From Eledone cirrhosa (Eukaryota), in assembly GCA_964016885.1 (NCBI GenBank), contig OZ024752.1, forward strand, positions 30,938,001 through 31,002,000: a stretch of DNA of 64,000 nt, given 5' to 3'. Positions 1 through 13,549 of the stretch are shown piece after piece. The notes under the pieces were generated by a model. The model worked only from the letters and a program-made list of their open reading frames with translations, did not search any database and was not told where the DNA came from. Both the position numbers and the translations under genes were made by a program. Numbering within the stretch: the stretch's first letter is position 1; each line of letters starts with the position of its first letter.

Positions 1-542
1 TTATCTAACGTTTTTAATTAAAAATACAAAACTTCAATATAAAATATATAAAAAAAATTAAACAGTTAAATAACTAGACATCATATATTGTATGAAATAA
101 ATGTTTGTTAATTAAAATATGTGAAACATTCCATTGGGATTAACGACACTACGTTTTGGTTTCTGGTCACATGATGCAGTTGTCGACAATTCACTAGTTT
201 CTCTTTCATTTATTTTCCACTGGGGGAAGAAGAAAGTCTGCCAGAATTTACTGTACAGAGGAGAAAGAAAGAAAGCTATTATTGCAATGAGTGATTATTT
301 TTTTAACGAGAAGAAATACTTTCAAATTTTTGACCAGTTCCCGACCGTAAGTAGTAAAACTGTGAAGTTAATTTAGTTGATAAACATTACCGTTCACTCA
401 CTTACTACTGGATTAACTAACAACTTACTGGAGATATATTTATTATTAATTATTTAGTTATCATCGTTTTGGTTTATACTAACTTAAACCTCATTGTGGT
501 TTGTTGAAAACAGGGAAAAAATAATAATTAATTCATTTCACG

Positions 543-2753
543 ATGGATATCGACGAAGATTTTGATCATACATTTATGACCGGAGAAATTTCTAACCCGA
601 TAACTCACCATAGAAGTGCTCCTCCTAGTCCGACAGGACATGGGAATATAATGAATAATGAATTCCATACATCGCATTCGACAGACGAAGCTTTCATCAT
701 TGTCCCAAATGATGTAGAAGCTCACAGAATTACAAATAATTACTTGTTTGGTTTTAAAAAATGGAAGAGTCACATATCTACGAGACCAGTTGAAAATCGT
801 TCTGAAATAGTTCAAGATCTTTACTCCGATATAAACAAACCGAGTCTACCCGTACGGGTATCAACACTGAGACCCACCAATGTAATTTATGTTTTATTAA
901 TAGGATGGTGGCTGGCTTTAGTCTATCTTATAGTTTCTATTGTCATGCTTCTAACATATTTCGGACGATCGTATGGTTTTTTTTGCATGAAAATGGCTCG
1001 TTATTTTTTCTGGCCTTTTGGCTATTTCGTTCACCTAGTGGATAGACCACCTCCATTAGAACACTCGGAGGAGGTTTTTAAAGAAACTACTTCACAATTA
1101 TCTGAAAACTACCAAGAAAGCGATGAAAGAACTAGCCTTCTCTCCAACAGTTTTTCTGCGCAACAGTTGAGCAGCGAACGTTGGAAGTTCTGGACTAAAC
1201 CGAAAACTTATTTGTGGTTACTTATCGCCGTGCCTGTTTTGTTTGTTTGTCATTCTATCATAGTTATCATTACCTGGTTGCTTGTGATAACTATACCTAT
1301 TTCTAAAATCAATATCAAAACTATCCAAAAACTCTTCTTCCTCCCTCCGGAACAAGTGGACGTCTGTAACTCAAATGTTATGCCCACTAACAACAAGAAA
1401 CAAAACGGTGAAATAATCATGTATACACATCAATCAGTGAATATTTATTATTACAAATATTCTGTGGATGGTATGAATGTTATTCTTGTTAACTTATTAC
1501 TGTTTGTTATTGCAGCTTTAGTTTTGGGACTTGCCGATACACAAGGAAAAATTTCTCCCGTAATGAAATGTCTGATGGCATTGTTTGGTATTGTACCACT
1601 CACCTATTATATAGGGGCTGGCATTACTAGTATATCAGCTCAGAGTAGTTTCGCTGTCGGAGCTTTACTAAATGCCACATTCGGATCGATTGTTGAAGTT
1701 ATATTGTACGTAATCACCCTGAAAAAGGGTCAGGAACAAAATTCTGCTTGTTATCCAGAACTGGTCAAGTCTGCTGTAGCTGGTACCATATTGGCTACTA
1801 TGTTGTTAATTCCCGGTTTGTGTATGGTGATCGGTGGTCTGAAATATCAAACACAAAGATTTAATCCTCGTTCAACAAGTGTTGGCGCTTCGTTACTTTT
1901 TGTGTCAGTGGCCGGAGTGTTTGCACCAACTTTATTTTCTGCTATTTATGGCGATCTCCATTGTTCCAAATGTGAGAAGGTAGAGTCGTGGATTTCTATA
2001 AACGTTACTTCAGGAGTAATCTCGAATTCTTCTGTTGGTATGCAGTGTTCAGAATGCAGCCAGTCGTTATTCGGACTAGACGGTGACACAACTCTCTACG
2101 ACAACCACATTCTGCCCCTTGTCTATACATGTGCTCTTTTGCTTCCAATTTCGTATTTTATTGGGTTGATTTTCAGCATGAAGACACATTTTGGCCATGT
2201 GTACCACGATTTCTACAACCAGATGGCAGAAGAAGGTTCTTCACATCGTTCCCACTGCCACGGTTCCCCTCAATGGTCCCGCTTGAAATGTATATTTATA
2301 TTGTTTGCATCTACAGCTCTCATATCTCTCCTTGCTGATATTATGGCCAACAACATCGAACCCCTAATGCAGTCTCTGAACATTTCTGAATACTTTATCG
2401 GAGTGACCCTGATTGCAGTTCTACCAGAATTGCCAGAGATTGTTAATGGCATCCAGTTTGCATTACAGAACAATGTTGCCATGGGGATAGAGATAGCAAT
2501 GAACACAGCTATTCAGTGCTGTCTCTTGCAGGTGCCTATATTAATACTTATTGATCTCATTTATTCCTTTAAACTTTACATGATCTTCAGTGATGTGCAC
2601 ATGTTTTCTGTGATCTTCTCAGTAATTGTCATGAACTACACACTGCAAGATGGACGTAGCAACTATTTCCAAGGATCTGCACTCCTTTTAATCTATCTTG
2701 TACTCATGGCTATGTACTTTTTCACTCCGACACCCAAATTAGTTCAGTGTTGA
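543..2753 (+). CDS. Type II cation/proton exchanger (CAX; yeast VNX1 / fish cax1-like), 736 aa, single ORF
   Basis: Uninterrupted ORF with many TM helices. N-terminal YccF/DUF307-like segment (NVIYVLLIGWWLAL...YFFWPFG), alpha-1 repeat GALLNATFGSIVE and alpha-2 repeat LIAVLPELPEIVNGIQFA, typical of type II CAX; C-terminal DGRSNYFQGSALL. Confidence 0.92.
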   Translation: MDIDEDFDHTFMTGEISNPITHHRSAPPSPTGHGNIMNNEFHTSHSTDEAFIIVPNDVEAHRITNNYLFGFKKWKSHISTRPVENRSEIVQDLYSDINKPSLPVRVSTLRPTNVIYVLLIGWWLALVYLIVSIVMLLTYFGRSYGFFCMKMARYFFWPFGYFVHLVDRPPPLEHSEEVFKETTSQLSENYQESDERTSLLSNSFSAQQLSSERWKFWTKPKTYLWLLIAVPVLFVCHSIIVIITWLLVITIPISKINIKTIQKLFFLPPEQVDVCNSNVMPTNNKKQNGEIIMYTHQSVNIYYYKYSVDGMNVILVNLLLFVIAALVLGLADTQGKISPVMKCLMALFGIVPLTYYIGAGITSISAQSSFAVGALLNATFGSIVEVILYVITLKKGQEQNSACYPELVKSAVAGTILATMLLIPGLCMVIGGLKYQTQRFNPRSTSVGASLLFVSVAGVFAPTLFSAIYGDLHCSKCEKVESWISINVTSGVISNSSVGMQCSECSQSLFGLDGDTTLYDNHILPLVYTCALLLPISYFIGLIFSMKTHFGHVYHDFYNQMAEEGSSHRSHCHGSPQWSRLKCIFILFASTALISLLADIMANNIEPLMQSLNISEYFIGVTLIAVLPELPEIVNGIQFALQNNVAMGIEIAMNTAIQCCLLQVPILILIDLIYSFKLYMIFSDVHMFSVIFSVIVMNYTLQDGRSNYFQGSALLLIYLVLMAMYFFTPTPKLVQC

Positions 2754-4439
2754 AGAAAAAAACAAAAGAAAAAAGTAGGCTAAAGGCAACAACGCTTCAA
2801 TTCAGCAACATTGATCAGGTAAAACGAAATTGATTCCTGATTTCTAGCCTTTTCACATCACTTATATTGTCAATTAGTGTTTTTGAAACAGGCATGAGGG
2901 TGACATAATCTCATTAACTGCTCTACCCCACCCCCTATCTCTTCTATGGACCCTAGGCTTTGTGCCTTCTCAGCATTCCATATAAAATCTGAAAATCGCT
3001 CAATTTAGTCATTATTTGCGACAGTTTTATTAACTAATATATTCTATAAGTACTTAAATTTAATTTATCAACTCAAACAATATTTGTTTTGTGTTTATAT
3101 GCTGACTTAGTTGTCTTTTAATTTAATGAAATATATTCTTCCTTGTTCCAGTCTTCCTTCATTTTATTGTATAAATCAAAATTACTCTTTTAAGCCCCAC
3201 CCCCAAAGAAAATAACAAAAATACTCTTACATACACCCCTCCACACACAAATAAAACAATTACAACTCTGCCCACCTCCAAACAGTTCAAATAATTGATT
3301 TTATTTTTTATTATATCTTGTCCTATGTTATACTTTAAAACAGGCAGTTTTAGCTGGGTTGGTAACGAGAGGGTGAACTATTAAATATTTTGTTGCATAC
3401 CTAGGTTAAAATTTTATTTGTTTAATTATTTCATTCTTAAGATTTTTTTTTCATAGAAGAAATGTTATTATTTACCTTCTTATCTTCACAGTTGTCAAAT
3501 ATGATTTTCTGTGTCTCAATGTTTATCATTTAAATCAAACTATAAGATTTAAAACACTTGAAACAAACTGCTGCATTTTCTTCACAAATATCACAATTGA
3601 CTCAAACAAGAAACACACCTCTAAAATTTTCTCTCTCTCATATATTTATTTATATGTCCACTCAACAGCACAAACACATACATTCCAAAAACCTACTGTA
3701 TTTTGTCTCCTCTTGCATCTATAAAATTGATAATTCTATGCTAATCCCACCTAAATTAATTGATCACTCCACCAAAAATATATTTTCTTTTAAGACTATC
3801 TGTGAAATCCTTAACTTATATCTCACTACCATGTGTAATATATGTTAATATGGCTGGATATTGGAGACTTCAAATACAGAACCATCAATGGCCACATATC
3901 CTCATGCTTTGGGATCTTAAAATATAAATAAGTATTACTTTTAGGAATTTAAATATACAGCAAAGAACGTTGTAAATATTATATTATACCTAATATTTGA
4001 TCTAGTCCACTTGTTTTAAAGATAAAAGTCTGTAAAGTTGGGGTTCCACGAGAAACAGCTTGACTATATTTTGTTTTTTACTGATTTGTGTAAATCATTG
4101 TAAGGTTAGCAAGTTCTTTTGTTGGTCCTTTAAATCTCATAGGCTGACTATGAAGGAGTGATGCTAGAGCTGTGAAATTTTGCATGCATTAATTTCAACC
4201 ATGTTGAAAAATAAGCCTCATTTAGTCATTCCAAGACTAATAATCTTGGTCAGCTTATGAACTTTTCAGCTGACCTTTGTATATTGCGGTTCATTGAACC
4301 CGACCCCCCCAAGAGTCGAAGTAAAGTATTTGCTTCTATTCATTATTGATCTTGAAGAATTAATTTAAGGGTTCATGAGTTTTAAATCTGTTGTGAACAA
4401 CATAGACAAATGCTGATGAATCTTCTGTATAAGATGAAC

Positions 4440-4808
4440 AGCCGAGGTTAACTTTGCCTTTCATCCTTCCGGGGTCGATAGAATAAAGTACCAGTAATGC
4501 ACTGGGGTAATTGCTGGCCTTGTGCCAAAAGTAGAAACAATTATTTGATGTATCTGGCCTGATTCCTCTGTTGAAATATAACCTTAATAATGGTTTTTAC
4601 ATTTGGCACAAGGCCAACAATTTTAGGGGAAGGGAAAGTAGATTAAATCGACCCCAGTGTGTTACTGGTACTTTATTTTATGGACCCTGTAAGGATGCAA
4701 GGCAAAGCTAACCTCAGCAAGATTTGAACTCAGATCGTAAAGGGCCGTAACTCTATGCCATAAAGCATATTGTCCGACGCTCCACTGATACTACCAATCC
4801 ACTGCCTT
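4440..4808. mobile_element. Two family-A SINE copies (3' half on +, 4440-4545; full copy on -, about 4590-4808)
   Basis: Core GAGGTTAACTTTGCCTTTCATCCTT.CGGGGTCGATA.AATAAAGTACCAGT and tail GGCCTTGTGCCAAAAGTAGAAACAATTA, repeated many times in the window. Confidence 0.85.
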
Positions 4809-5814
4809 TAACCCAAATAATGGTCACTAATCTTGTATTTCTTGCAACAAAGTTCTGCAACTGTGATGCAATAACATTTCTGATGTTATCTATTCAAAGG
4901 TTTTGGATAGTTCTTGCTATTCAGCATCACACTAGTTATACTATTGACAAGTTACTATTTTACTATCTTGCTACTTATTACCTATCTATTCATCATCACC
5001 ATTTAACATCTATTTTTTACACTCTTGCATGGGTTAGATGGCTTGTCACGTTATGAGACAGTTCAGGTTAAGTGACCACGTCTTACTCAGAACTATATTC
5101 TCCACCCTTCTACATTGGTATAGTATAGTCCATACTATTGACATTCCATGTTACATTGGTATACTATAGTCAATACTAATAACAAGGCAGAGTCGTTAGA
5201 ATGTTGGACCGAATGCTTTGCGGTATTCATTCCGGCTATCTGCTCTTTGAGTTCAAATCCCACCGAGGTCAACTTTGCTTTTCAGTCTTGTTAGGTCGAT
5301 TATATAAGTACCAGTCTAGTACTGGGGTCAATTCTTTCTCTATATCTCTTTCTCACTTCCATTCTCCTACTTTCTGTCCGTCTCTGGAAGAAATCTGCTG
5401 TATTCAGACCTGGAGAGGAGATGGGCTCTGCCAGATTTTAAAAAAATGCCCTATATCAACATGGCCTTCCTATGACTCCCTCAGGAGTTATTTGTCCATG
5501 CATGCCATGCATGGACTAGTATAGGCTATATTATTGACATTTCATGTTACATTACTATAGTATTATCTATACTAATAACAGACGATAGTAGAGGTTATAC
5601 TATTGCCATCCCATGTGATAATGGTCTTTCAGATTTGGCTAAAATTTATTATGTGGTTATAAAGTACTTTGTCTGCCTAAGTGGACGATTTGTTGTTGTT
5701 GCATGTGAACACCTGAGGTTAGTTTGTGGTAATCATCATCATCAGATATCTGTTTTTCCTTGCTGGCATGGGTTGGATGGATCTCATCACAGCAATGGCG
5801 AACACTGACCACCT

Positions 5815-6030
5815 TTGTTGTGTATGTTTTACAGAGTGTACTGGGTGCACAGAGGCTTTCCTATTTAGGAGTGCTAAAGAGTCTATATTATGTTGTGTAT
5901 GTTTTACAGAGTGTACTGGGTGCACAGAGGCTTTTTTATGTAGGAATGCTAAAGAGTCTATATTATGTTGTGAATGTTTTACAGATTTACAGAGTGTACT
6001 GGGTGCATAGAGGCTTTTTTATGTAGGAGG
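5815..6030. repeat. About 75-bp tandem repeat, about 3 copies, probably SINE-derived
   Basis: TTTACAGAGTGTACTGGGTGCA recurs at about 5828, 5903 and 5987. Confidence 0.75.
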
Positions 6031-6611
6031 GTTAACGAGTCTCTATTACTATGTATTAGTTCTTATTTGGAATTACCAACCTCCTAGATGAGTTGTCTGC
6101 AATGTGCAGTTTACAGAGTCCACATCTCAATAGTATGTCCCATTATTTATATTTATTGATAACATGTCGATACCTACCCCTCCCCTCCTTTTATTTAGGC
6201 CAGGAACCAATATTCAGTGCAGTAGTATACAGAAGCATATGTCTAAAACATAGGAATACACACATGATAGCCAAGTGTATTACTGTTTAGCTACTGATCT
6301 CTTACTCCTTGTCTCTTTTAGAACATTTTATGGCAGAAACCTCATAGACATAACACACTAACACCTAGAAACACAAATAGCAACCCACCATAAAGCAGGT
6401 AGTAACAGTACTTTTAGCAAACTATCTCATGATATGTTCTATTCATAGTTTACCTTGACCTTGTTTCTCAATGTTACTATAAATCATATAATATTGAAAA
6501 CTGAGATATTTGCATAAGTTTTGTCATTCCACTCCCCCACATAATTTAATATTGGTAACAGAAGTAGAACACCCCTTCTTCCCTTCTCAGTGAAACCAAT
6601 ATTTTGGTGCC

Positions 6612-9600
6612 AAAACCATTAGTACATTGGTGTTTAAACCACTAGTACATTGGTGTTTTAACCACTAGTATATTGGTGTTTTAACCACTAGTACATTGGT
6701 GTTTTAACCACTAGTACATTGGTGTTTTAACCACTAGTACATTGGTGTTTTAACCACTAGTACACTGGTGTTTTAACCACTAGTACATTGGTGTTTTAAC
6801 CACTAGTACATTGGTGTTTTAACCACTAGTATATTGTGGTTTAACCACTAGTACATTGGTGTTTTAACCACTAGTATATTGGTGTTTTAACCACTAGTAT
6901 ATTGGTGTTTTAACCACTAGTATATTGGTGTTTTAACCACTAGTACATTGGTGTTTTAACCACTAGTACATTGGTGTTTTAACCACTAGTACATTGGTGT
7001 TTTAACCACTAGTATATTGGTGTTTTAACCACTAGTACATTGGTGTTTTAACCACTAGTACACTGGTGTTTTAACCACTAGTACACTGGTGTTTTAACCA
7101 CTAGTACATTGGTGTTTAAACCACTAGTATATTGGTGTTTTAACCACTAGTATATTGGTGTTTTAACCACTAGTAGATTGGTGTTTTAACCACTAGTACA
7201 CTGGTGTTTTAACCACTAATACACTGGTGTTTTAACCACTAGTACATTGGTGTTTTAACCACTAGTATATTGGTGTTTAAACCACTAGTACACTGGTGCT
7301 TTAACCACTAGTACACTGGTGCTTTAACCACTAGTACATTGGTGTTTTAACCACTAGTACACTGGTGTTTAAACCACTAGTACACTGGTGTTTAAACCAC
7401 TAGTACACTGGTGCTTTAACCACTAGTACACTGGTGTTTTAACCACTAGTACATTGGTGTTTTAACCACTAGTACACTGGTGTTTTAACCACTAGTACAC
7501 TGGTGTTTTAACTACTAGTACATTGGTGTTTTAACCACTAGTATATTGGTGTTTTAACCACTAGTAGATTGGTGATTTAACCACTAGTACATTGGTGTTT
7601 TAACCACTAGTATATTGTGGTTTAACCACTAGTACATTGGTGGTTTAACCACTAGTACATTGGTGGTTTAACCACTAGTATATTGGTGTTTTAACCACTA
7701 GTATATTGGTGTTTTAACCACTAGTACATTGGTGTTTTAACCACTAGTATATTGGTGTTTTAACCACTAGTATATTGGTGTTTTAACCACTAATATATTG
7801 GCGTTTTAAGCACTAGTATATTTGCGTTTTAAGCACTAGTATATTTGTGTTTTAACCACTAGTATATTGGTGTTTTAACCACTAGTATATTGGTGTTTTA
7901 ACCACTAGTATATTGGTGTTTTAACCACTAGTATATTTGTGTTTTAACCACTAGTACATTGGTATTTTAACCACTAGTATATTGGTGTTTTAACCACTAG
8001 TAGATTGGTGTTTTAACCACTAGTAGATTGGTGTTTTAACCACTAGTACATTGGTGTTTTAACCACTAGTATATTGTGGTTTAACCACTAGTACATTGGT
8101 GTTTTAACCACTAGTATATTGGTGTTTTAACCACTAGTACACTGGTGCTTTAACCACTAGTACACTGGTGCTTTAACCACTAGTACACTGGTGTTTAAAC
8201 CACTAGTACACTGGTGTTTTAACCACTAGTACACTGGTGTTTTAACCACTAGTACATTGGTGTTTTAACCACTAGTACATTGGTGTTTAAACCACTAGTA
8301 TATTGGTGTTTTAACCACTAGTATATTGGTGTTTTAACCACTAGTACATTGGTGTTTTAACCACTAGTACATTGGTGTTTAAACCACTAGTACATTGGTG
8401 TTTTAACCACTAGTATATTGGTGTTTTAACCACTAGTACACTGGTGCTTTAACGACTAGTACACTGGTGCTTTAACCACTAGTACACTGGTGTTTAAACC
8501 ACTAGTACACTGGTGTTTTAACCACTAGTACACTGGTGTTTTAACCACTAGTACATTGGTGTTTTAACCACTAGTACATTGGTGTTTAAACCACTAGTAT
8601 ATTGGTGTTTTAACCACTAGTATATTGGTGTTTTAACCACTAGTACATTGGTGTTTTAACCACTAGTACATTGGTGTTTAAACCACTAGTACATTGGTGT
8701 TTAAACCACTAGTAGATTGGTGTTTTAACCACTAGTACACTGGTGTTTTAACCACTAGTACACTGGTGTTTAAACCACTAGTACATTGGTGTTTAAACCA
8801 CTAGTATATTGGTGTTTAAACCACTAGTACACTGGTGTTTTAACCACTAGTACACTGGTGTTTTAACCACTAGTACACTGGTGTTTTAACCACTAGTACA
8901 TTGATGTTTTAACCACTAGTACATTGGTGTTTAAACCACTAGTATATTGGAGTTTTAACCACTAGTACACTGGTGTTTTAACCACTAGTATATTGGTGTT
9001 TTAACCACTAGTACATTGGTGTTTTAACCACTAGTACATTGGTGTTTTAACCACTAGTATATTGTGGTTTAACCACTAGTACATTGGTGTTTTAACCACT
9101 AGTATATTGGTGTTTTAACCACTAGTATATTGGTGTTTTAACCACTAGTATATTGGTGTTTTAACCACTAGTACATTGGTGTTTTAACCACTAGTACATT
9201 GGTGTTTTAACCACTAGTACATTGGTGTTTAAACCACTAGTATATTGGTGTTTAAACCACTAGTACACTGGTGTTTTAACCACTAGTACACTGGTGTTTT
9301 AACCACTAGTACACTGGTGTTTTAACCACTAGTACATTGATGTTTTAACCACTAGTACATTGGTGTTTAAACCACTAGTATATTGGAGTTTTAACCACTA
9401 GTACACTGGTGTTTTAACCACTAGTATATTGGTGTTTTAACCACTAGTGCATTGGTGTTTTAACCACTAGTACATTGGTGTTTTAACCACTAGTATATTG
9501 TGGTTTAACCACTAGTACATTGGTGTTTTAACCACTAGTATATTGGTGTTTTAACCACTAGTATATTGGTGTTTTAACCACTAGTATATTGGTGTTTTAA

Positions 9601-11722
9601 CCACTAGTACATTGGTGTTTTAACCACTAGTACATTGGTGTTTTAACCACTAGTACATTGGTGTTTTAACCACTAGTATATTGGTGTTTTAACCACTAGT
9701 ACATTGGTGTTTTAACCACTAGTACACTGGTGTTTTAACCACTAGTACACTGGTGTTTTAACCACTAGTACATTGGTGTTTAAACCACTAGTATATAGGT
9801 GTTTTAACCACTAGTATATTGGTGTTTTAACCACTAGTAGATTGGTGTTTTAACCACTAGTACACTGGTGTTTTAACCACTAGTACACTGGTGTTTTAAC
9901 CACTAGTACATTGGTGTTTTAACCACTAGTATATTGGTGTTTAAACCACTAGTACACTGGTGCTTTAACCACTAGTACACTGGTGCTTTAACCACTAGTA
10001 CATTGGTGTTTTAACCACTAGTACACTGGTGTTTAAACCACTAGTACACTGGTGTTTAAACCACTAGTACACTGGTGCTTTAACCACTAGTACACTGGTG
10101 TTTTAACCACTAGTACATTGGTGTTTTAACCACTAGTACACTGGTGTTTTAACCACTAGTACACTGGTGTTTTAACTACTAGTACATTGGTGTTTTAACT
10201 ACTAGTACATTGGTGTTTTAACCACTAGTATATTGGTGTTTTAACCACTAGTAGATTGGTGATTTAACCACTAGTACATTGGTGTTTTAACCACTAGTAT
10301 ATTGTGGTTTAACCACTAGTACATTGGTGGTTTAACCACTAGTACATTGGCGGTTTAACCACTAGTATATTGGTGTTTTAACCACTAGTATATTGGTGTT
10401 TTAACCACTAGTATATTGGTGTTTTAACCACTAGTATATTGGTGTTTTAACCACTAATATATTGGCGTTTTAAGCACTAGTATATTTGCGTTTTAAGCAC
10501 TAGTATATTTGTGTTTTAACCACTAGTATATTGGTGTTTTAACCACTAGTATATTGGTGTTTTAACCACTAGTATATTGGTGTTTTAACCACTAGTACAT
10601 TGGTATTTTAACCACTAGTATATTGGTGTTTTAACCACTAGTAGATTGGTGTTTTAACCACTAGTACATTGGTGTTTTAATCACTAGTATATTGTGGTTT
10701 AACCACTAGTACATTGGTGTTTTAACCACTAGTATATTGGTGTTTTAACCACTAGTACACTGGTGCTTTAACCACTAGTACACTGGTGTTTAAACCACTA
10801 GTACACTGGTGTTTTAACCACTAGTACACTGGTGTTTTAACCACTAGTACATTGGTGTTTTAACCACTAGTACATTGGTGTTTAAACCACTAGTATATTG
10901 GTGTTTAAACCACTAGTATATTGGTGTTTTAACCACTAGTATATTGGTGTTTTAACCACTAGTACATTGGTGTTTAAACCACTAGTACATTGGTGTTTTA
11001 ACCACTAGTAGATTGGTGTTTTAACCACTAGTACACTGGTGTTTTAACCACTAGTACACTGGTGTTTAAACCACTAGTACATTGGTGTTTAAACCACTAG
11101 TATATTGGTGTTTAAACCACTAGTATATTGGTGTTTAAACCACTAGTACACTGGTGTTTTAACCACTAGTACACTGGTGTTTTAACCACTAGTACATTGA
11201 TGTTTTAACCACTAGTACATTGGTGTTTAAACCACTAGTATATTGGTGTTTTAACCACTAGTATATTGGTGTTTTAACCACTAGTACATTGGTGTTTTAA
11301 CCACTAGTACATTGGTGTTTAAACCACTAGTAGATTGGTGCTTTAACCACTAGTACACTGGTGTTTTAACCACTAGTACACTGGTGTTTTAACCACTAGT
11401 ATATTGGTGTTTTAACCACTAGTACACTGGTGCTTTAACCACTAGTACACTGGTGCTTTAACCACTAGTACACTGGTGCTTTAACCACTAATACACTGGT
11501 GTTTAAACCACTAGTACACTGGTGTTTTAACCACTAGTACACTGGTGTTTTAACCACTAGTACACTGGTGTTTTAACCACTAGTACACTGGTGTTTTAAC
11601 CACTAGTACACTGGTGTTTTAACCACTAGTACACTGGTGTTTTAACCACTAGTACACTGGTGTTTTAACCACTAGTACACTGGTGTTTTAACCACTAGTA
11701 CACTGGTGTTTTAACCAATAGT
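6612..11722. repeat. 23-bp satellite array, about 5.1 kb, about 220 units (AACCACTAGTA(C/T)A(C/T)TGGTGTTTT)
   Basis: Directly visible head-to-tail repeats without unique spacers; ACTAGT in nearly every unit. Confidence 0.98.
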
Positions 11723-11967
11723 TATCCGTTGGTACACTAGAAACTAAATCACTGGTTCTTCCATCTCAAAACCACTGGTACTACAGCAGAACCTACACTA
11801 CTAGAATATATTGTTACCTTTATATTGTAACTTTTGGGATCCTGTAGACAAAGTATTGAACTTTACTGGTCTGGCATTGAATAATATTCTGTGCTTTAAC
11901 TGGATAATGTTAATGAGTGTATTATATATATATATATATAATACACTCATTATAATATAATAATATT

Positions 11968-12031
<64 letters not shown>

Positions 12032-12087
12032 CTTGCAAGCAGGGAAAAGCGGACGTAAAATGATGATGATGATGATTATATATATAT

Positions 12088-12240
12088 ATGGAGGCACATG
12101 GCTTAGTGGTTAGAGCATTTGGCCTGGGAATCGAAAGGTTGTGAGTTCAATTCTCAGACCGGGTGATGTGTTGTTTCCTTGAGCAAGACACTTTATTTCA
12201 CATTGCTCCAGTTTACTCAGCTGTAGAAATGAGATGATAG
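12088..12240 (+). mobile_element. Family-B tRNA-derived CORE-type SINE
   Basis: A-box TGGCTTAGTGG, B-box GAGTTCAATTC, CORE-like TTCCTTGAGCAAGACACTT. Related copies at about 13550, 13835, 19745, 23130, 29170, 39880 and 58505 (-). Confidence 0.85.
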
Positions 12241-12274
12241 GAACTGGGGTCCATATCATTCCACTGAAAAGTGG

Positions 12275-12425
12275 TTGTGGAGGTGCCACGGCAAAAAAGC
12301 ACTCAGCACTCACTGTAAAATGAGGTTGGTGTTAGGAAGGGCATCCAGCTGTAGAAATCAAGCCAGAATCAGTTCCCGTCCCACCCTTGCAAGCAGGGAA
12401 AAAGCGGATGTAAAAACGAAATGAA
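12275..12425 (+). mobile_element. Family-C SINE 3' portion (GTTAGGAAGGGCATCCAGC...CCCTTGCAAGCAGGGAAAAGCGG)
   Basis: The same tail occurs at about 12030-12075 and 16665-16730, where it is followed by (ATG)n. Confidence 0.65.
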
Positions 12426-12496
<71 letters not shown>

Positions 12497-12654
12497 TATT
12501 GGTGTGTAATGTTTAGTTATTATTAATTCACCAGTTTGAGCACTCAATACCAATATGGGTTTGGCTAACGATGTGGTATTCTACGTTTGGTATTTTACCA
12601 GTGTCTTTATCCGTAAGGAGCAGGAACATATATATATATAATTTATATACACAC

Positions 12655-13170
12655 ACACTATGAGGTTGCTCTCAGAGCACAAAGCTAGAATAAGAACAGG
12701 ATAGATAATGTACATGGAGCTATTACCTTTGTTAATAACAAAAAGTTTCTGTCTATGAAGAAAAGGTTGACTGTATGATGCTGATGCTTGAGTGTGATAT
12801 GTGATGTTGCATGGTAGTGGGGCATGGGCAGTGAAAGCAGGGGTATGTGAAGGCTGGAGAGAAATGAAATGAACATATTCTGAAGGATGTGCAATGTTAA
12901 TGTGTGTGAATGACACAGCATGGATGAGCTAAGAGAAAAGCTGGATATCAGAGGATTCAGAGGTAGTGTGCAAGAGAGAAGACTTCACTGGTATGGACAT
13001 GCAATGTGTATGGATGATGATTGTTCATTGAAGAAGTGCCAAGAAATCCCAGTAGAAAGGAACTGCAGTAGTAGCAGACCAAATAAGACTTGAGCAGAGA
13101 TTGTGAGAGCTAGTCTCATCACTGAAGCTTACACAGGAGATGACAAATGACCAGGTATATAGAGGTATAG
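12655..13170 (+). mobile_element. Decayed RTE-clade LINE 3' fragment
   Basis: Broken frames give KG*LYDA..MLHGSGAWAVK..., LREKLDI..QERRLHWYGHAMCMDD, the RL.W.GH motif of RTE ORF C-termini. Confidence 0.7.
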
Positions 13171-13549
13171 AGGATCAAAAGTTATAATTGTCTTGTTTTA
13201 TTAAGTTTAAGTTATATATTTAAACAAATTGATGCTGGTGGCTAATGTTGTTGGATAGACTTTTTAATGTTAACCTTTCGATCACAAATTCAACATGGTC
13301 GTTGAGTTGACACAATGAACTAAACAGTAAAAGTACTTTCTGTAGTGACATAGTGCAATAAACTCTGTAGGAAACAATGTTTAAGTCTTTAAGACTCTCA
13401 CTGTTTCCACTCTGCTGTGGCAGCCACCACTATAATCTACAGTTGTATAGAAATATATTGGACAGTGGAGTGTTGGTTTTTTTCATCCTTAGGGCATAGT
13501 GGCAAGTGGTTTGATAAAATAACTTACTAGACCAAATAATGTATATAAG

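Noticed and set aside
6612-11722. 23-bp palindromic repeats as a CRISPR array
   Set aside because: No unique spacers, no cas genes, eukaryotic context.
12088-12165. tRNA gene
   Set aside because: A/B boxes run straight into a SINE core; no complete cloverleaf. The same applies to the other SINE heads.
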